Shown here: positions 34,555 to 43,542 of the stretch, piece by piece
How positions within the stretch are numbered: the stretch's first letter is position 1
How the letters are laid out: every line of letters starts with the position of its first letter
From: Candidatus Saccharimonadota bacterium
Lineage (GTDB): Bacteria > Patescibacteriota > Saccharimonadia > Saccharimonadales > JACDBH01
Direction of reading: 5' to 3'
Length of the DNA stretch: 58,827 bases
Assembly: GCA_013694995.1 (NCBI GenBank)
Contig: JACDBH010000004.1
Location: 1 to 58,827, forward strand
Notes under the pieces: model-generated
Database searches by the model: none
What the model was told of the DNA's origin: nothing
Seen by the model: the letters and a program-made list of their open reading frames with translations, nothing else
Program-made: the position numbers and the translations under genes

Positions 34555-35829
34555 TTATCTAAAAAGTGCTTTCATTAAATGGCCATTAGTTAGCCAATAA
34601 GCAACTCTTGAAGCTGTAAATGAATACGCAGCAAAAAATATAAATATCGCACTTGTTATATTAAGGATACTCGAAACCACTCTACTGGAGATGGTGGTAT
34701 GTGATAAATCATATTTTAAAAATCCGAAACTACGGTGGATCCATGCAAGTTTTACGTAACGAATAAATGCGACTGGAATAATTATCATTGATTGAATGAA
34801 TGAATAAAATGGAAGTAACAGGTATTCTTTTTTCCAACCCTTTCCCGCAATTAGAACATAAGTATATACCCAAGATAGGATTATTAAGAAGAGCATAGTA
34901 TAAGGGAAATTGAGTAGTTCTATCCATCGTAGTGGAAGCAGTAAGTATACTAAAAGCGAATTATAAAATAGTATGAAGAAATGATGCCAACCATAACTTG
35001 CTATGTTAGTTATATGATGTCTAAAGCCTCCCGCGAACCAAATTATTCGTTGCATGTACCATGATTTAAAAGTGTCTGGAACTGCAGTATAAAAAGTAAA
35101 ATCTATGTGATTGATCTTGTACCCCATAACACGTGCTAATTTACCAATTTCTATATCCCCTCCTGCGAAGAAGTTTGAATGACATGAGAGTACATGCTGA
35201 AAGACGTGAGCTTTGGCTATATTACATGCACCAGAAGTAAGCCATGGGTCCATCCTGCGGTTATCCATGGCTATTTTATATTCGAAAGCTTGTAATACTT
35301 CTATTATATTTTTAGGATTATTGGCTTCACATCGTAGGGATGCAATATCGAGGCCTGAATTAATAAATGTCCTTACAAGATTATTAACATTATCAGTTGC
35401 ATATGTATCTGCGTCCATAAGAATACAGGGAGTATCTCGTTTTATACCAAGACGGTAAAAATTATGTAACGCACCCTTGTATATGGTGTAGGCATTCTTA
35501 ACGGGACGGCCTTTTACTATAGGTAATGCCGCTTTCGTATAACGAAACCCAAATTTTCTGCAGACTTTTCGAAGCTCACGGTAAAATTCAGGTGTTTCAT
35601 GTAGGGAGGTGCATATAAGCACTTTACCAGGGTATTTTTTTAAAAATTTAATATTCTGAAGATACGATATGTTGCCGTAAACGGTAGGCATTAAGAGATA
35701 CTGAGGGGTCTTAGTGTAGGAAGGTTTATTGATAATTGCTTTTTTAAATAGTAAAAAAGCACGTGGCACGTAGTCTATAAGTGCAACGATCATAATAGTA
35801 ATCAAAATAAGTATGGTTGAATCATTCAT
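34555..35829 (-). CDS. Membrane-embedded family-2 glycosyltransferase (processive synthase-like)
   Basis: DADTYATDN (DxD), GGDIEIG and QRIIW (QxxRW-like) motifs, with C-terminal TM helices. A sampled 60-nt line is about 30% GC. Confidence 0.75.
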   Translation of the reverse strand: MNDSTILILITIMIVALIDYVPRAFLLFKKAIINKPSYTKTPQYLLMPTVYGNISYLQNIKFLKKYPGKVLICTSLHETPEFYRELRKVCRKFGFRYTKAALPIVKGRPVKNAYTIYKGALHNFYRLGIKRDTPCILMDADTYATDNVNNLVRTFINSGLDIASLRCEANNPKNIIEVLQAFEYKIAMDNRRMDPWLTSGACNIAKAHVFQHVLSCHSNFFAGGDIEIGKLARVMGYKINHIDFTFYTAVPDTFKSWYMQRIIWFAGGFRHHITNIASYGWHHFFILFYNSLLVYLLLPLRWIELLNFPYTMLFLIILSWVYTYVLIAGKGWKKEYLLLPFYSFIQSMIIIPVAFIRYVKLAWIHRSFGFLKYDLSHTTISSRVVSSILNITSAIFIFFAAYSFTASRVAYWLTNGHLMKALFR

Positions 35830-35836
35830 ATCATAT

Positions 35837-35866
35837 AAAAAAGGGTAAAGCTAAAAGCTTTACCCT
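35837..35866 (-). terminator. Rho-independent terminator after the LANTG small ORF
   Basis: Stem gggtaaagc/gctttaccc followed by UUUUUU on the minus strand. Confidence 0.65.
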
Positions 35867-35894
35867 CCCTTTATACTGCGACTAAACTAATAGT

Positions 35895-36062
35895 TTAGCG
35901 GCGGTGTGCTGCGCGGGTTATTAAGCCAAGCGCAACGATCATAGCTAGACCAGCGATTAACCCGATTACTATTGGGTTACCAGTGTTAGCTAATGTAGCT
36001 ACTGCGCCTGCGCCACCACCAGCGACAGTTGCTGCACCAAGGACTTGTCCTTCTACACTCAT
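35895..36062 (-). CDS. 55-aa protein consisting essentially of a LANTG sorting-signal module
   Basis: Not in the ORF track (under 60 aa). GGAG lies 8 nt upstream of the ATG. Product is MSVEGQVLGAATVAGGGAGAVATLANTG-NPIVIGLIAGLAMIVALGLI-TRAAHRR, and a terminator follows. Confidence 0.55.
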   Translation of the reverse strand: MSVEGQVLGAATVAGGGAGAVATLANTGNPIVIGLIAGLAMIVALGLITRAAHRR

Positions 36063-36161
36063 TGCTTTTACTCCGTTACGTGTAATTTAACTAGGTAATT
36101 ATACATTAAATTACAATATAAAGCAATATAATTATATAGATTTACTAATTTTGCAAATACT

Positions 36162-37682
36162 TTAAAGCTCGTGGGTGATAGTAATATGAGCACCAAGAGA
36201 ATTCAGGCGTTCTGACAAGTCTTCGTAGCCGCGATTAATAGTATATACATTGCGTAGCATTGATGTGCCACGAGCAGCTAGCATACCGATCAGCAGCAGG
36301 CTAGCTGGCCTCAAGGCTGGCGGACACACAACATCGCCGTGGGTAAAAGCTGTCGGGCCGTTAATATATATACGGTGCGGGTCAGCCAGCTCGACATTCA
36401 TGCCAATTTTAGTCATTTCAGTATAATAGATAGCCCGGTTATCGAACATCCAGTCATGGATTAGAGTGCGGCCGTGAGCAACACCGCAGATTGGCACGAA
36501 GTAAGGTATATTGTCTGGGTTGAGCCCTGGCCATACGTTAGGGTGCAGTTTATCCGTTGGTGCTTTCAAATTACCATTATGTTTATTAATTATAATATCG
36601 GCCAGCTCGGTGATTCCATTGTCTGAGGGGTATGGTTCGCCGATCTTTATATTCAAGCCCATTTTTTGCAGTTTTAATAATTCCAGTCCTATCCAGTGTA
36701 TGGGCACCCTGCAGATACTAAGCTTTGAATTTGTTGTAACTGCTGCAGATATAAAGAACATTGCCTCTATAGGGTCTTCGGTCGGTGAGAAAATAATATT
36801 CTTTTTAATCTTCTGGATGCCGGTCACCTTTAAGACCGCTGAGCCAACACCTTCGATTTTTACGCCACATTTTATTAAAAAGGCGCAAAGATCTTGGACC
36901 ATGTAATCGGCACTGGCACTCTGGATTATGGTTATGCCGGGAGTTTTGGCCGCAGCCATCAAGGCGTTATTAGTAACGGTATTACCTTGTTCGTATAGCA
37001 CTATTCGGCCGGCTACTTTTTTCTTGACGGTAATGTTGTAATGGCCGGTCTTGGCAACTACATCAACGCCAAATTGTTCAAGGGCGAATAAATGTGGTGC
37101 TACGGTGCGAGTACCAAGTTTACAGCCGCCAGCATAGGGAATCATGAAACTCTTGTGTTCATGCATTAGTGATCCAAGTAGCATAAGCACGCTACGGGTT
37201 TTGCGGGCGGCCTGTTTGTTTATGCTATTTAAATCAAGAGTCTTTGGCGGTTTGATCTCAAGGTCATTACCAGGCAGCCAGCGGACTTTAATACCGATGC
37301 TTTCTAGCACTTCTATAATCCTATAGACCTCTTCAATCTTTGGAAAAGCTTTAAATGTAGTTGTACCTTGGTTCAGCAGGCTTGCGCATAGTAGTGCGAC
37401 AGCAGCATTCTTACTGCGTTTCAAAGCAATTTCGCCGTGCAGTTCATGGCCGCCTTCTATCCTCAGGTTAATAGCGCCGCTACCAAGATTTACAATCTGT
37501 TTGTTCAGTACATCGCTAATCCGGCCGAGCATGTCCATGCTCAGATTTTGACGGCCTTTTTCTATTCTATTAACAGCGGACTGGGATGTATTGAGCCGCT
37601 TAGCAAACTCAGACTGAGTTAATCCCTTTTCTTGACGGATTTGGAAAATTAAATGGCCTATCTTCTCACTGGTACTATTCAT
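36162..37682 (-). CDS. murA: XRE-family HTH domain fused to full-length UDP-GlcNAc 1-carboxyvinyltransferase (MurA)
   Basis: Residues 1-65 form an HTH_3 domain (GLTQSEFAKRLNTSQSAVNRIEKGRQ). The rest is MurA-like (HGEIALKRSKNAAVALLCASLL; active-site loop AGGCKLGTRTV with Cys). Confidence 0.8.
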   Translation of the reverse strand: MNSTSEKIGHLIFQIRQEKGLTQSEFAKRLNTSQSAVNRIEKGRQNLSMDMLGRISDVLNKQIVNLGSGAINLRIEGGHELHGEIALKRSKNAAVALLCASLLNQGTTTFKAFPKIEEVYRIIEVLESIGIKVRWLPGNDLEIKPPKTLDLNSINKQAARKTRSVLMLLGSLMHEHKSFMIPYAGGCKLGTRTVAPHLFALEQFGVDVVAKTGHYNITVKKKVAGRIVLYEQGNTVTNNALMAAAKTPGITIIQSASADYMVQDLCAFLIKCGVKIEGVGSAVLKVTGIQKIKKNIIFSPTEDPIEAMFFISAAVTTNSKLSICRVPIHWIGLELLKLQKMGLNIKIGEPYPSDNGITELADIIINKHNGNLKAPTDKLHPNVWPGLNPDNIPYFVPICGVAHGRTLIHDWMFDNRAIYYTEMTKIGMNVELADPHRIYINGPTAFTHGDVVCPPALRPASLLLIGMLAARGTSMLRNVYTINRGYEDLSERLNSLGAHITITHEL

Positions 37683-37693
37683 GTATCATTTAA

Positions 37694-37711
37694 TATATCA
37701 TATATGATATA
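37694..37711. promoter_or_regulatory. Perfect 18-bp palindrome upstream of the HTH-murA start
   Basis: tatatcata|tatgatata, 12 nt from the ATG at 37682, in the divergent gap with glyA. It is a candidate operator. Confidence 0.4.
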
Positions 37712-37821
37712 AAATGTCTATTTATTGTTTTGTATTTTTTTGCTTGCCCTACTACAATACACTCATGATTTAGCGACACGCAAGCCCATTTCCGTTACAC
37801 TACTATTAAACGAGGTTTGCT

Positions 37822-39102
37822 ATGATTCACGATAAAAAACTGAACTCTATATTAGAAGCAGAAACAAAGCGTCAGCGCGAGGGACTGGAATTAATTCCAT
37901 CCGAAAATTACGTATCGAAAGACGTTCTGGAGGCACTTGGTAGCATATTTACCAACAAATATTCCGAAGGTTACCCGGGCAGGCGCTATTATGGTGGCCA
38001 AGAAAACACTGACCAGATAGAAACAATAGCTATCGATCGAGCAAAACAGTTGTTTGGCTCCGACCATGCCAACGTACAATCACACTCAGGCGCACCAGCC
38101 AACATAGCCGTTTATCAGGCATGGTTGAATCCAGGTGATACCATTATGGCTATGCGCCTTGACCACGGTGGCCACTTAACGCATGGTGCACCAGTAACAT
38201 CCAGTGCCAAGCTTTATAATTTTGTCCGCTATGGAGTCAAGGATGTAGAGACGGGCGAAATAGATTATGACGAAATGCGCGAAGTCGCACTCAAGGAAAA
38301 ACCAAAGATTCTGCTAGCCGGTTTTAGCGGTTACCCACGTTCTTTAGATTATGCCAAGTTTGCGGCTATCGGCAATGAAGTCGGCGCCGTACTAATGGCT
38401 GACATGGCTCACATTGCTGGCCTAATTGCCGGCAAAGTACTGCCAAACCCCTTTGATTTTGGATTTCAAATTATTACCAGCACGACGCATAAAACTCTAC
38501 GCGGGCCGCGCGGTGGTTTGATACTCAGTAATGGGACAGTCGGTAATCCTCTCAAAGCACCTGAAAAAACTGTTGAAAATCTGCCGACATTGATTGACCG
38601 CGAAGTCTTCCCAGGCTTTCAGGGTGGACCGCACATGAATAACGTATTAGCTAAGGCAGTAGCATTCGGTGAAGCTTTAGAGCCAAGTTTTCATGATTAT
38701 GCCTTACAAATCCTTAAGAATTCCAAGCAACTTGCTGACGAGCTTATGAAGGTAGGATTTAAATTGGTAACTAACGGCACTGACAACCATATGATAATGA
38801 TTGATATGCCCAAGAGTTTTGATATTAATGGTCGTGAAACCCAGGATTTGCTAGACCGGGTGGGGCTTACAGGCAACTGCAACGCTATACCCGACGATCC
38901 CCTACCACCGTTCCGGCCCAGCGGTTTCCGGTTGGGTACGCCTGCCATGACAACCCGCGGTCTTAAGGAAAAAGACATGGTGTTTGTCGCCGAACAGATG
39001 GTTAAAACAATCAAATCGCGCCAAGATGAGTCAGTTTTAGATAAAATCAAATCTGAAATTGCGGTTTTTGCCTCTCAATTTCCTCTTCCCAGTGATATCT
39101 AA
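37822..39102 (+). CDS. glyA: Serine hydroxymethyltransferase
   Basis: LELIPSENYVS, and TSTTHKTLRGPRGG (PLP-binding lysine). Confidence 0.96.
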   Translation: MIHDKKLNSILEAETKRQREGLELIPSENYVSKDVLEALGSIFTNKYSEGYPGRRYYGGQENTDQIETIAIDRAKQLFGSDHANVQSHSGAPANIAVYQAWLNPGDTIMAMRLDHGGHLTHGAPVTSSAKLYNFVRYGVKDVETGEIDYDEMREVALKEKPKILLAGFSGYPRSLDYAKFAAIGNEVGAVLMADMAHIAGLIAGKVLPNPFDFGFQIITSTTHKTLRGPRGGLILSNGTVGNPLKAPEKTVENLPTLIDREVFPGFQGGPHMNNVLAKAVAFGEALEPSFHDYALQILKNSKQLADELMKVGFKLVTNGTDNHMIMIDMPKSFDINGRETQDLLDRVGLTGNCNAIPDDPLPPFRPSGFRLGTPAMTTRGLKEKDMVFVAEQMVKTIKSRQDESVLDKIKSEIAVFASQFPLPSDI

Positions 39103-39105
39103 ATA

Positions 39106-40131
39106 TTAGGGCAATAATTCGGGTTCGCGCTCAAGGTTGATTTGAAACAAGTTATAAACTGCATCGGTAACTTTCTGCTGATACTTGATTAGATCTGCGG
39201 TGGACTGGGCTTTCTCATTAACGAATACCAAAGCTTGGTCTTTCCAGCTGGACATGCCGGTTTCTGTGTCTTTTTTACCTTTAAACCCTGCCTGCTCAAC
39301 CAGCCAGGCGGCCGAGATCTTGTAATTATCTTTGGCTTCCCAGGCAACAACATCCTTAAACTTCTTTTTAATAATTTTGTAATGGTCTTGGCCGATAATC
39401 GGATTGGCAAAAAATGACCCGTTGTTTGCGACCTTGGCTGGGTCGGGCAGTTTTTTAGAACGTATATCAATAACGGCTGAGCGGATATCTATAAGAGTTG
39501 GCTTTGTGATTTTATGTTCTTTGAAATACTTGTCTAAGCTTTCGTAAAAAGGTGGTTTAGGCGCTGCCCTATGGAGCTTCAGAGTTACAAAGCAGATTAA
39601 AAACCGTCCGTTATCGACGGTCTTAAAGCGGGAAGTGCGGTAGCCGAAACTGCATTGGTCTTTCTCCAAGACAACGAAATCCTTAGCCATACGGTCGTAA
39701 GCTTCCAAACTTACAAATGTACCGGCAATTTCTTGGCCATAAGCACCGACATTCTGGACAGGCGTTGCTCCAACAGTGCCCGGTATAAGTGACAAGCACT
39801 CGACACCCTGCAAGTTCAGCCCTACGAACTGGTCAACAATTAAATCCCAATTTTCACCAGCACCTATTTTATAAGTTGCTGACGATGTATTTTCTGTGAT
39901 TTTTTCTAAGCCCTTGATTCTATTGACAATTACTAGGCCTTTGAAGCCTTCGTCTCGCCATATTATATTGCTGCCGATACCGATCATTCTTACAGGTAGT
40001 TGGCGTTCTTCGGCCCAAGTTACAGCTTTGTTCAGCTCATCTTTGGTTTTGACTTCAACCAATGAATCGGCTGTGCCGCCTAGGCGCATAGTTGAGTATA
40101 GCTTCAACGAAACGTCTTTAAGAATAGTCAT
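39106..40131 (-). CDS. murB: UDP-N-acetylenolpyruvoylglucosamine reductase MurB
   Basis: STMRLGGTAD, IGIGSNIIW, and a C-terminal MurB domain (SAAWLVEQAGFKG). The internal ATG at 40131 is preferred. Confidence 0.88.
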   Translation of the reverse strand: MTILKDVSLKLYSTMRLGGTADSLVEVKTKDELNKAVTWAEERQLPVRMIGIGSNIIWRDEGFKGLVIVNRIKGLEKITENTSSATYKIGAGENWDLIVDQFVGLNLQGVECLSLIPGTVGATPVQNVGAYGQEIAGTFVSLEAYDRMAKDFVVLEKDQCSFGYRTSRFKTVDNGRFLICFVTLKLHRAAPKPPFYESLDKYFKEHKITKPTLIDIRSAVIDIRSKKLPDPAKVANNGSFFANPIIGQDHYKIIKKKFKDVVAWEAKDNYKISAAWLVEQAGFKGKKDTETGMSSWKDQALVFVNEKAQSTADLIKYQQKVTDAVYNLFQINLEREPELLP

Positions 40132-40224
40132 GCTTATGTTTAGTATCACATTTTTATGGGACGGGAGCAATCTTCAGCATGCTTCCTGTTGCAGTTTTTA
40201 TTAATCAGGCATACGATATATCCA

Positions 40225-40776
40225 ATGCGAAGAGGCCATACTCCCTACCAACAATTCGGACGACGTTTGCACGATATTCGTCTGCGACTACAGGAATCGC
40301 TGCCGGAAGTGTCAGGCGCTGTCGAGCTGGACAGCGACGTGCTGGCTCGCTATGAGCGTGGTGAGGATAGGCCAAGCGAGGACGTGCTGCTGCTTCTCAT
40401 TAATCATTTTGCTATCAAAGACGAAGAAGCTGACGAATTATGGGAGCTAGCTGGCTATACTTCCGAAAACCATAACCATCACGAAGAGGCTGCAAACCTG
40501 CCCACACTAATGATGGTTCCTATGGACAACAGGGTAATTTATACCGATACAGCCCATGTCGTCATTAATAACTACGGCGTTATCATGAACTTTATGCAAA
40601 ACGGCGCCAACAACCAGCCGATGGCAGTCGCACGGGTTGGAATGAGCCTTGAGCATGCTAAAAGTGTTTTAGAAGTTCTAGCTACTACTATTGCTCAAGC
40701 CGAATCGGTCAAAACTCCGAAGCAACTTCCTGAATCGAGCAAAAGCCTCCCAAAAAACAAAAAACAGCAATTCTAA
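40225..40776 (+). CDS. XRE-type HTH protein with unknown C-terminal domain
   Basis: FGRRLHDIRLRLQESLPEVSGAVELDSDVLARYERGEDRPS. The start is taken at ATG 40225. Confidence 0.6.
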   Translation: MRRGHTPYQQFGRRLHDIRLRLQESLPEVSGAVELDSDVLARYERGEDRPSEDVLLLLINHFAIKDEEADELWELAGYTSENHNHHEEAANLPTLMMVPMDNRVIYTDTAHVVINNYGVIMNFMQNGANNQPMAVARVGMSLEHAKSVLEVLATTIAQAESVKTPKQLPESSKSLPKNKKQQF

Positions 40777-40819
40777 AATATATAAGGTGGCAAGCTAGAC
40801 ATTAACTGCTTCTAAGCTT

Positions 40820-41110
40820 ATGATAATAAGGATGAGTCAAGAAGTTTTTACACCGCATATCAATGAAATCGAACAAAATCCAACTTTGATCGATCATTAC
40901 GCAGAAAGAGTAGTAACTTTCCGGGGTGTTACCGCGCCTTTGGGTGTTCTTATTAATCTATGTCCAGTATCTAAAGAAGCAATGGATCCCGAAAAAATAA
41001 ATGAATGGACCGAAAATATACTAGAAGCGTCGGGTATTGATTATAAAGCAGAGTTATCACAGATAGAATCAGCTAAGACTGATTCTGCTAAAAAAAAATT
41101 GAAGAAATAG
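40820..41110 (+). CDS. Hypothetical protein (96 aa)
   Basis: ORF only. No RBS or motif recognised. Confidence 0.4.
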   Translation: MIIRMSQEVFTPHINEIEQNPTLIDHYAERVVTFRGVTAPLGVLINLCPVSKEAMDPEKINEWTENILEASGIDYKAELSQIESAKTDSAKKKLKK

Positions 41111-41142
41111 GTTCAACTGTAGAACCCGCTAAAGACCCAGTC

Positions 41143-42426
41143 GTGATTGAAACCACGGTTACGACTCCAGTTACTAAGTTAGAGTCAAAACAGCCGGCAA
41201 CAGTTTCAATTTCTGTGCCCGCAGAACTGGCAGAACCACGAGTAGATATACCGCAATTATCACAAGAAACAGAAATGTTACGGCGCCGGTTAAATGAGCA
41301 AGTTGAGGATTTAGAACTGCCTATACATGAAATAATAGCTGTGCCTGAAGATAAAGCTAAAACTAAGACACTTAATATTAAACCAAACTTGCCCCAAGAA
41401 CCGACGGTGATAGATCGGGAGTTGCTCGGTATACCTCCTGAAATTAAGATAGTGGAACCTGTGCTTATATCTGTAAAAACTTTGCCTGTTACGGAAATGC
41501 GGATTGAAAAACAGGAATTATTGTTGCCACCTGCGTTATCATCGGAGAATGATGAAGAACAAAATTTTCTAAGAGTAATTGAGTCTAATCAAGAGTTAGA
41601 TATAAATATGCCAGATAAAACTACAGACCAGATAGAAAATACGGTTATCGTTCAGCCCGAGACTGAGATTCAAGATGATATGTTGGACTTGATGGAATTT
41701 CCAGTAATTACCACATTGGAATCAGAGCTTATAGATAATGATATCGCTTCAGATATGGCCGAAATGGCGGAACCCTACATTTACCCGTTTGAAACTACTG
41801 CTGAAACAGACCTAGAAAAAAACGAAGAAATTAAACTGGAGGATAGATTTGAGCAGGAAGTAACACTGCTTATTTCTAAAGAAAATTTTGTGCAAACTAT
41901 TGAAGAATTTACTAACGAAGTAGATGGTCAAGCTCTATTAGAAAATAGCCATGAAGCAGAACTGTCGCCTCCGATTATCATGCAAGCTGAAGAGCTTATT
42001 ATTGCAGTCGAAACTGAAAAGCCCCAACAAGCAGAAGAGGCACGGCAAATTTTAAAATCTTTGATTGAACATGCGTTAGTTAGTACAAACTTATCTGTGG
42101 ACGAATCTTTAAGCGCAGAAAAAATTGAGGCACTAGAGGAGGAGATGGTAGCCTGGGCGATACGTTTCTTAAAGTGCGTTGGAGTAAAGTCGGATCAAGA
42201 AACAGCACGAGCTTTTATGCGTCTTATTATCAAAGATGTACAATCTACGACCGAGCATAGTGATTACACGGCCAAAGTGGACGAGGGTACGCATGAGCAG
42301 AAATTAAGTTTCTCACGCTTATTAAATGATGTTAGACAAATAGACCAGAATGAAGCGTTATTGCCGCCTTTTTATAAGCTCGGACGCGTGGCCCTGAGCC
42401 TGAGCAAGCAGCTATTACCTGTTTAA
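41143..42426 (+). CDS. Highly acidic hypothetical protein (427 aa)
   Basis: Long E/D/I/L-rich ORF with a GTG start and no SD. No family recognised. Confidence 0.5.
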   Translation: MIETTVTTPVTKLESKQPATVSISVPAELAEPRVDIPQLSQETEMLRRRLNEQVEDLELPIHEIIAVPEDKAKTKTLNIKPNLPQEPTVIDRELLGIPPEIKIVEPVLISVKTLPVTEMRIEKQELLLPPALSSENDEEQNFLRVIESNQELDINMPDKTTDQIENTVIVQPETEIQDDMLDLMEFPVITTLESELIDNDIASDMAEMAEPYIYPFETTAETDLEKNEEIKLEDRFEQEVTLLISKENFVQTIEEFTNEVDGQALLENSHEAELSPPIIMQAEELIIAVETEKPQQAEEARQILKSLIEHALVSTNLSVDESLSAEKIEALEEEMVAWAIRFLKCVGVKSDQETARAFMRLIIKDVQSTTEHSDYTAKVDEGTHEQKLSFSRLLNDVRQIDQNEALLPPFYKLGRVALSLSKQLLPV

Positions 42427-42429
42427 TAA

Positions 42430-43059
42430 TTACGCCCGGGATATAACCGGAGAACGTTTTAAGTAAGTGCGGCCTTCGACCATGTCAGCCATGGCTAAAA
42501 CCACGCTTTGACGTGAGATAGTATGCCAAGGCATCACTAGCTCATCTGTTAACTGGAAGGTCCGGTGATTGTCATTGTCGACCATAACGGGTGAGCGTAG
42601 CACAGTCCAATCTAGATTACTTTTTCTTAAAATACGGATATGTTCTTCGGCATCTTGGATAATAGCGCCAGCTGCATGCCCCAGTATTTTATAAGACAAG
42701 TGCTGCAGACGCGACGGCTTGTCACCGACATCGCGCGCGTCTGCTCCAGTCAGAGATACAATTCTTTTCTTGCCATGTTTTTCCATCAGCGGGACTACAT
42801 TTTTCATGGCCGTTGATAAAATGTCGTGAACCTGGGTGCCCCAACTTCCCAATGCACTCAGTACTACATCATTGTGCTTAAGAACTTTCTCAATATCTGC
42901 GGCTGAATGTATGTCTCCTCGGATTATATGCAGCTTATCTTGTTTTCTAAAATGGTTTGGCCCATGAATAAAGGCCGTGACTTCGTAGCCCCGATGGAGC
43001 ATTTCAGTTACCAGACGGCTACCAATTCTACCCGATGCGCCAAGAATAAGCACTTTCAT
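42430..43059 (-). CDS. NAD(P)H-binding (NmrA/atypical SDR-like) protein
   Basis: MKVLILGASGRIGSRLV Rossmann motif. Confidence 0.8.
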   Translation of the reverse strand: MKVLILGASGRIGSRLVTEMLHRGYEVTAFIHGPNHFRKQDKLHIIRGDIHSAADIEKVLKHNDVVLSALGSWGTQVHDILSTAMKNVVPLMEKHGKKRIVSLTGADARDVGDKPSRLQHLSYKILGHAAGAIIQDAEEHIRILRKSNLDWTVLRSPVMVDNDNHRTFQLTDELVMPWHTISRQSVVLAMADMVEGRTYLKRSPVISRA

Positions 43060-43267
43060 TAGTTAATGGTAATACGATTTATTATTTTAAGATAGGCTTA
43101 CATACATATCGTACCCAGGAGGCGGCTCTCTGACTTTAGCAAACATACCACTGGCTGGAACGATATGGTTAGTCAATAATATAAATCTAGTTTAAAAATA
43201 TATTAGTAATAAATCACCGGGCACTCTAAAAGTGATGACTGTGCCACTGACTTATAATAACAAAAAA

Positions 43268-43295
43268 ATACACCTGCTCTCGTACGCAGGTGTAT
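43268..43295. terminator. Bidirectional terminator hairpin
   Basis: atacacctgc/gcaggtgtat with an A-run on the left and a T-run on the right. Confidence 0.6.
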
Positions 43296-43316
43296 TTTAT
43301 ATTAAAAATCAATGTT

Positions 43317-43406
43317 TTAGCAGAAGTCTTCGCTGTCTAAGCTTAGTACTTCCCGAATTTGCTTGCGTTCCTGTCGATAGTTAATCAGTTTTTCTATGCT
43401 TCGCAT
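43317..43406 (-). CDS. 29-aa small ORF with strong translation signals
   Basis: TAAGGAGGG lies 4 nt upstream of the ATG. Product is MRSIEKLINYRQERKQIREVLSLDSEDFC. A terminator sits about 20 nt downstream. Confidence 0.45.
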   Translation of the reverse strand: MRSIEKLINYRQERKQIREVLSLDSEDFC

Positions 43407-43542
43407 GCGGCCCTCCTTAACCACATCCCATTATCAAGAATATTGTTGTCTAGATCTGTAAGTAATCTTACGAAACAAGCTTTAGAAGCGTGCAGGCAAC
43501 ACCTTACTTAAAAGGTAGGGCCACGATAATTATTTTAGTAAG

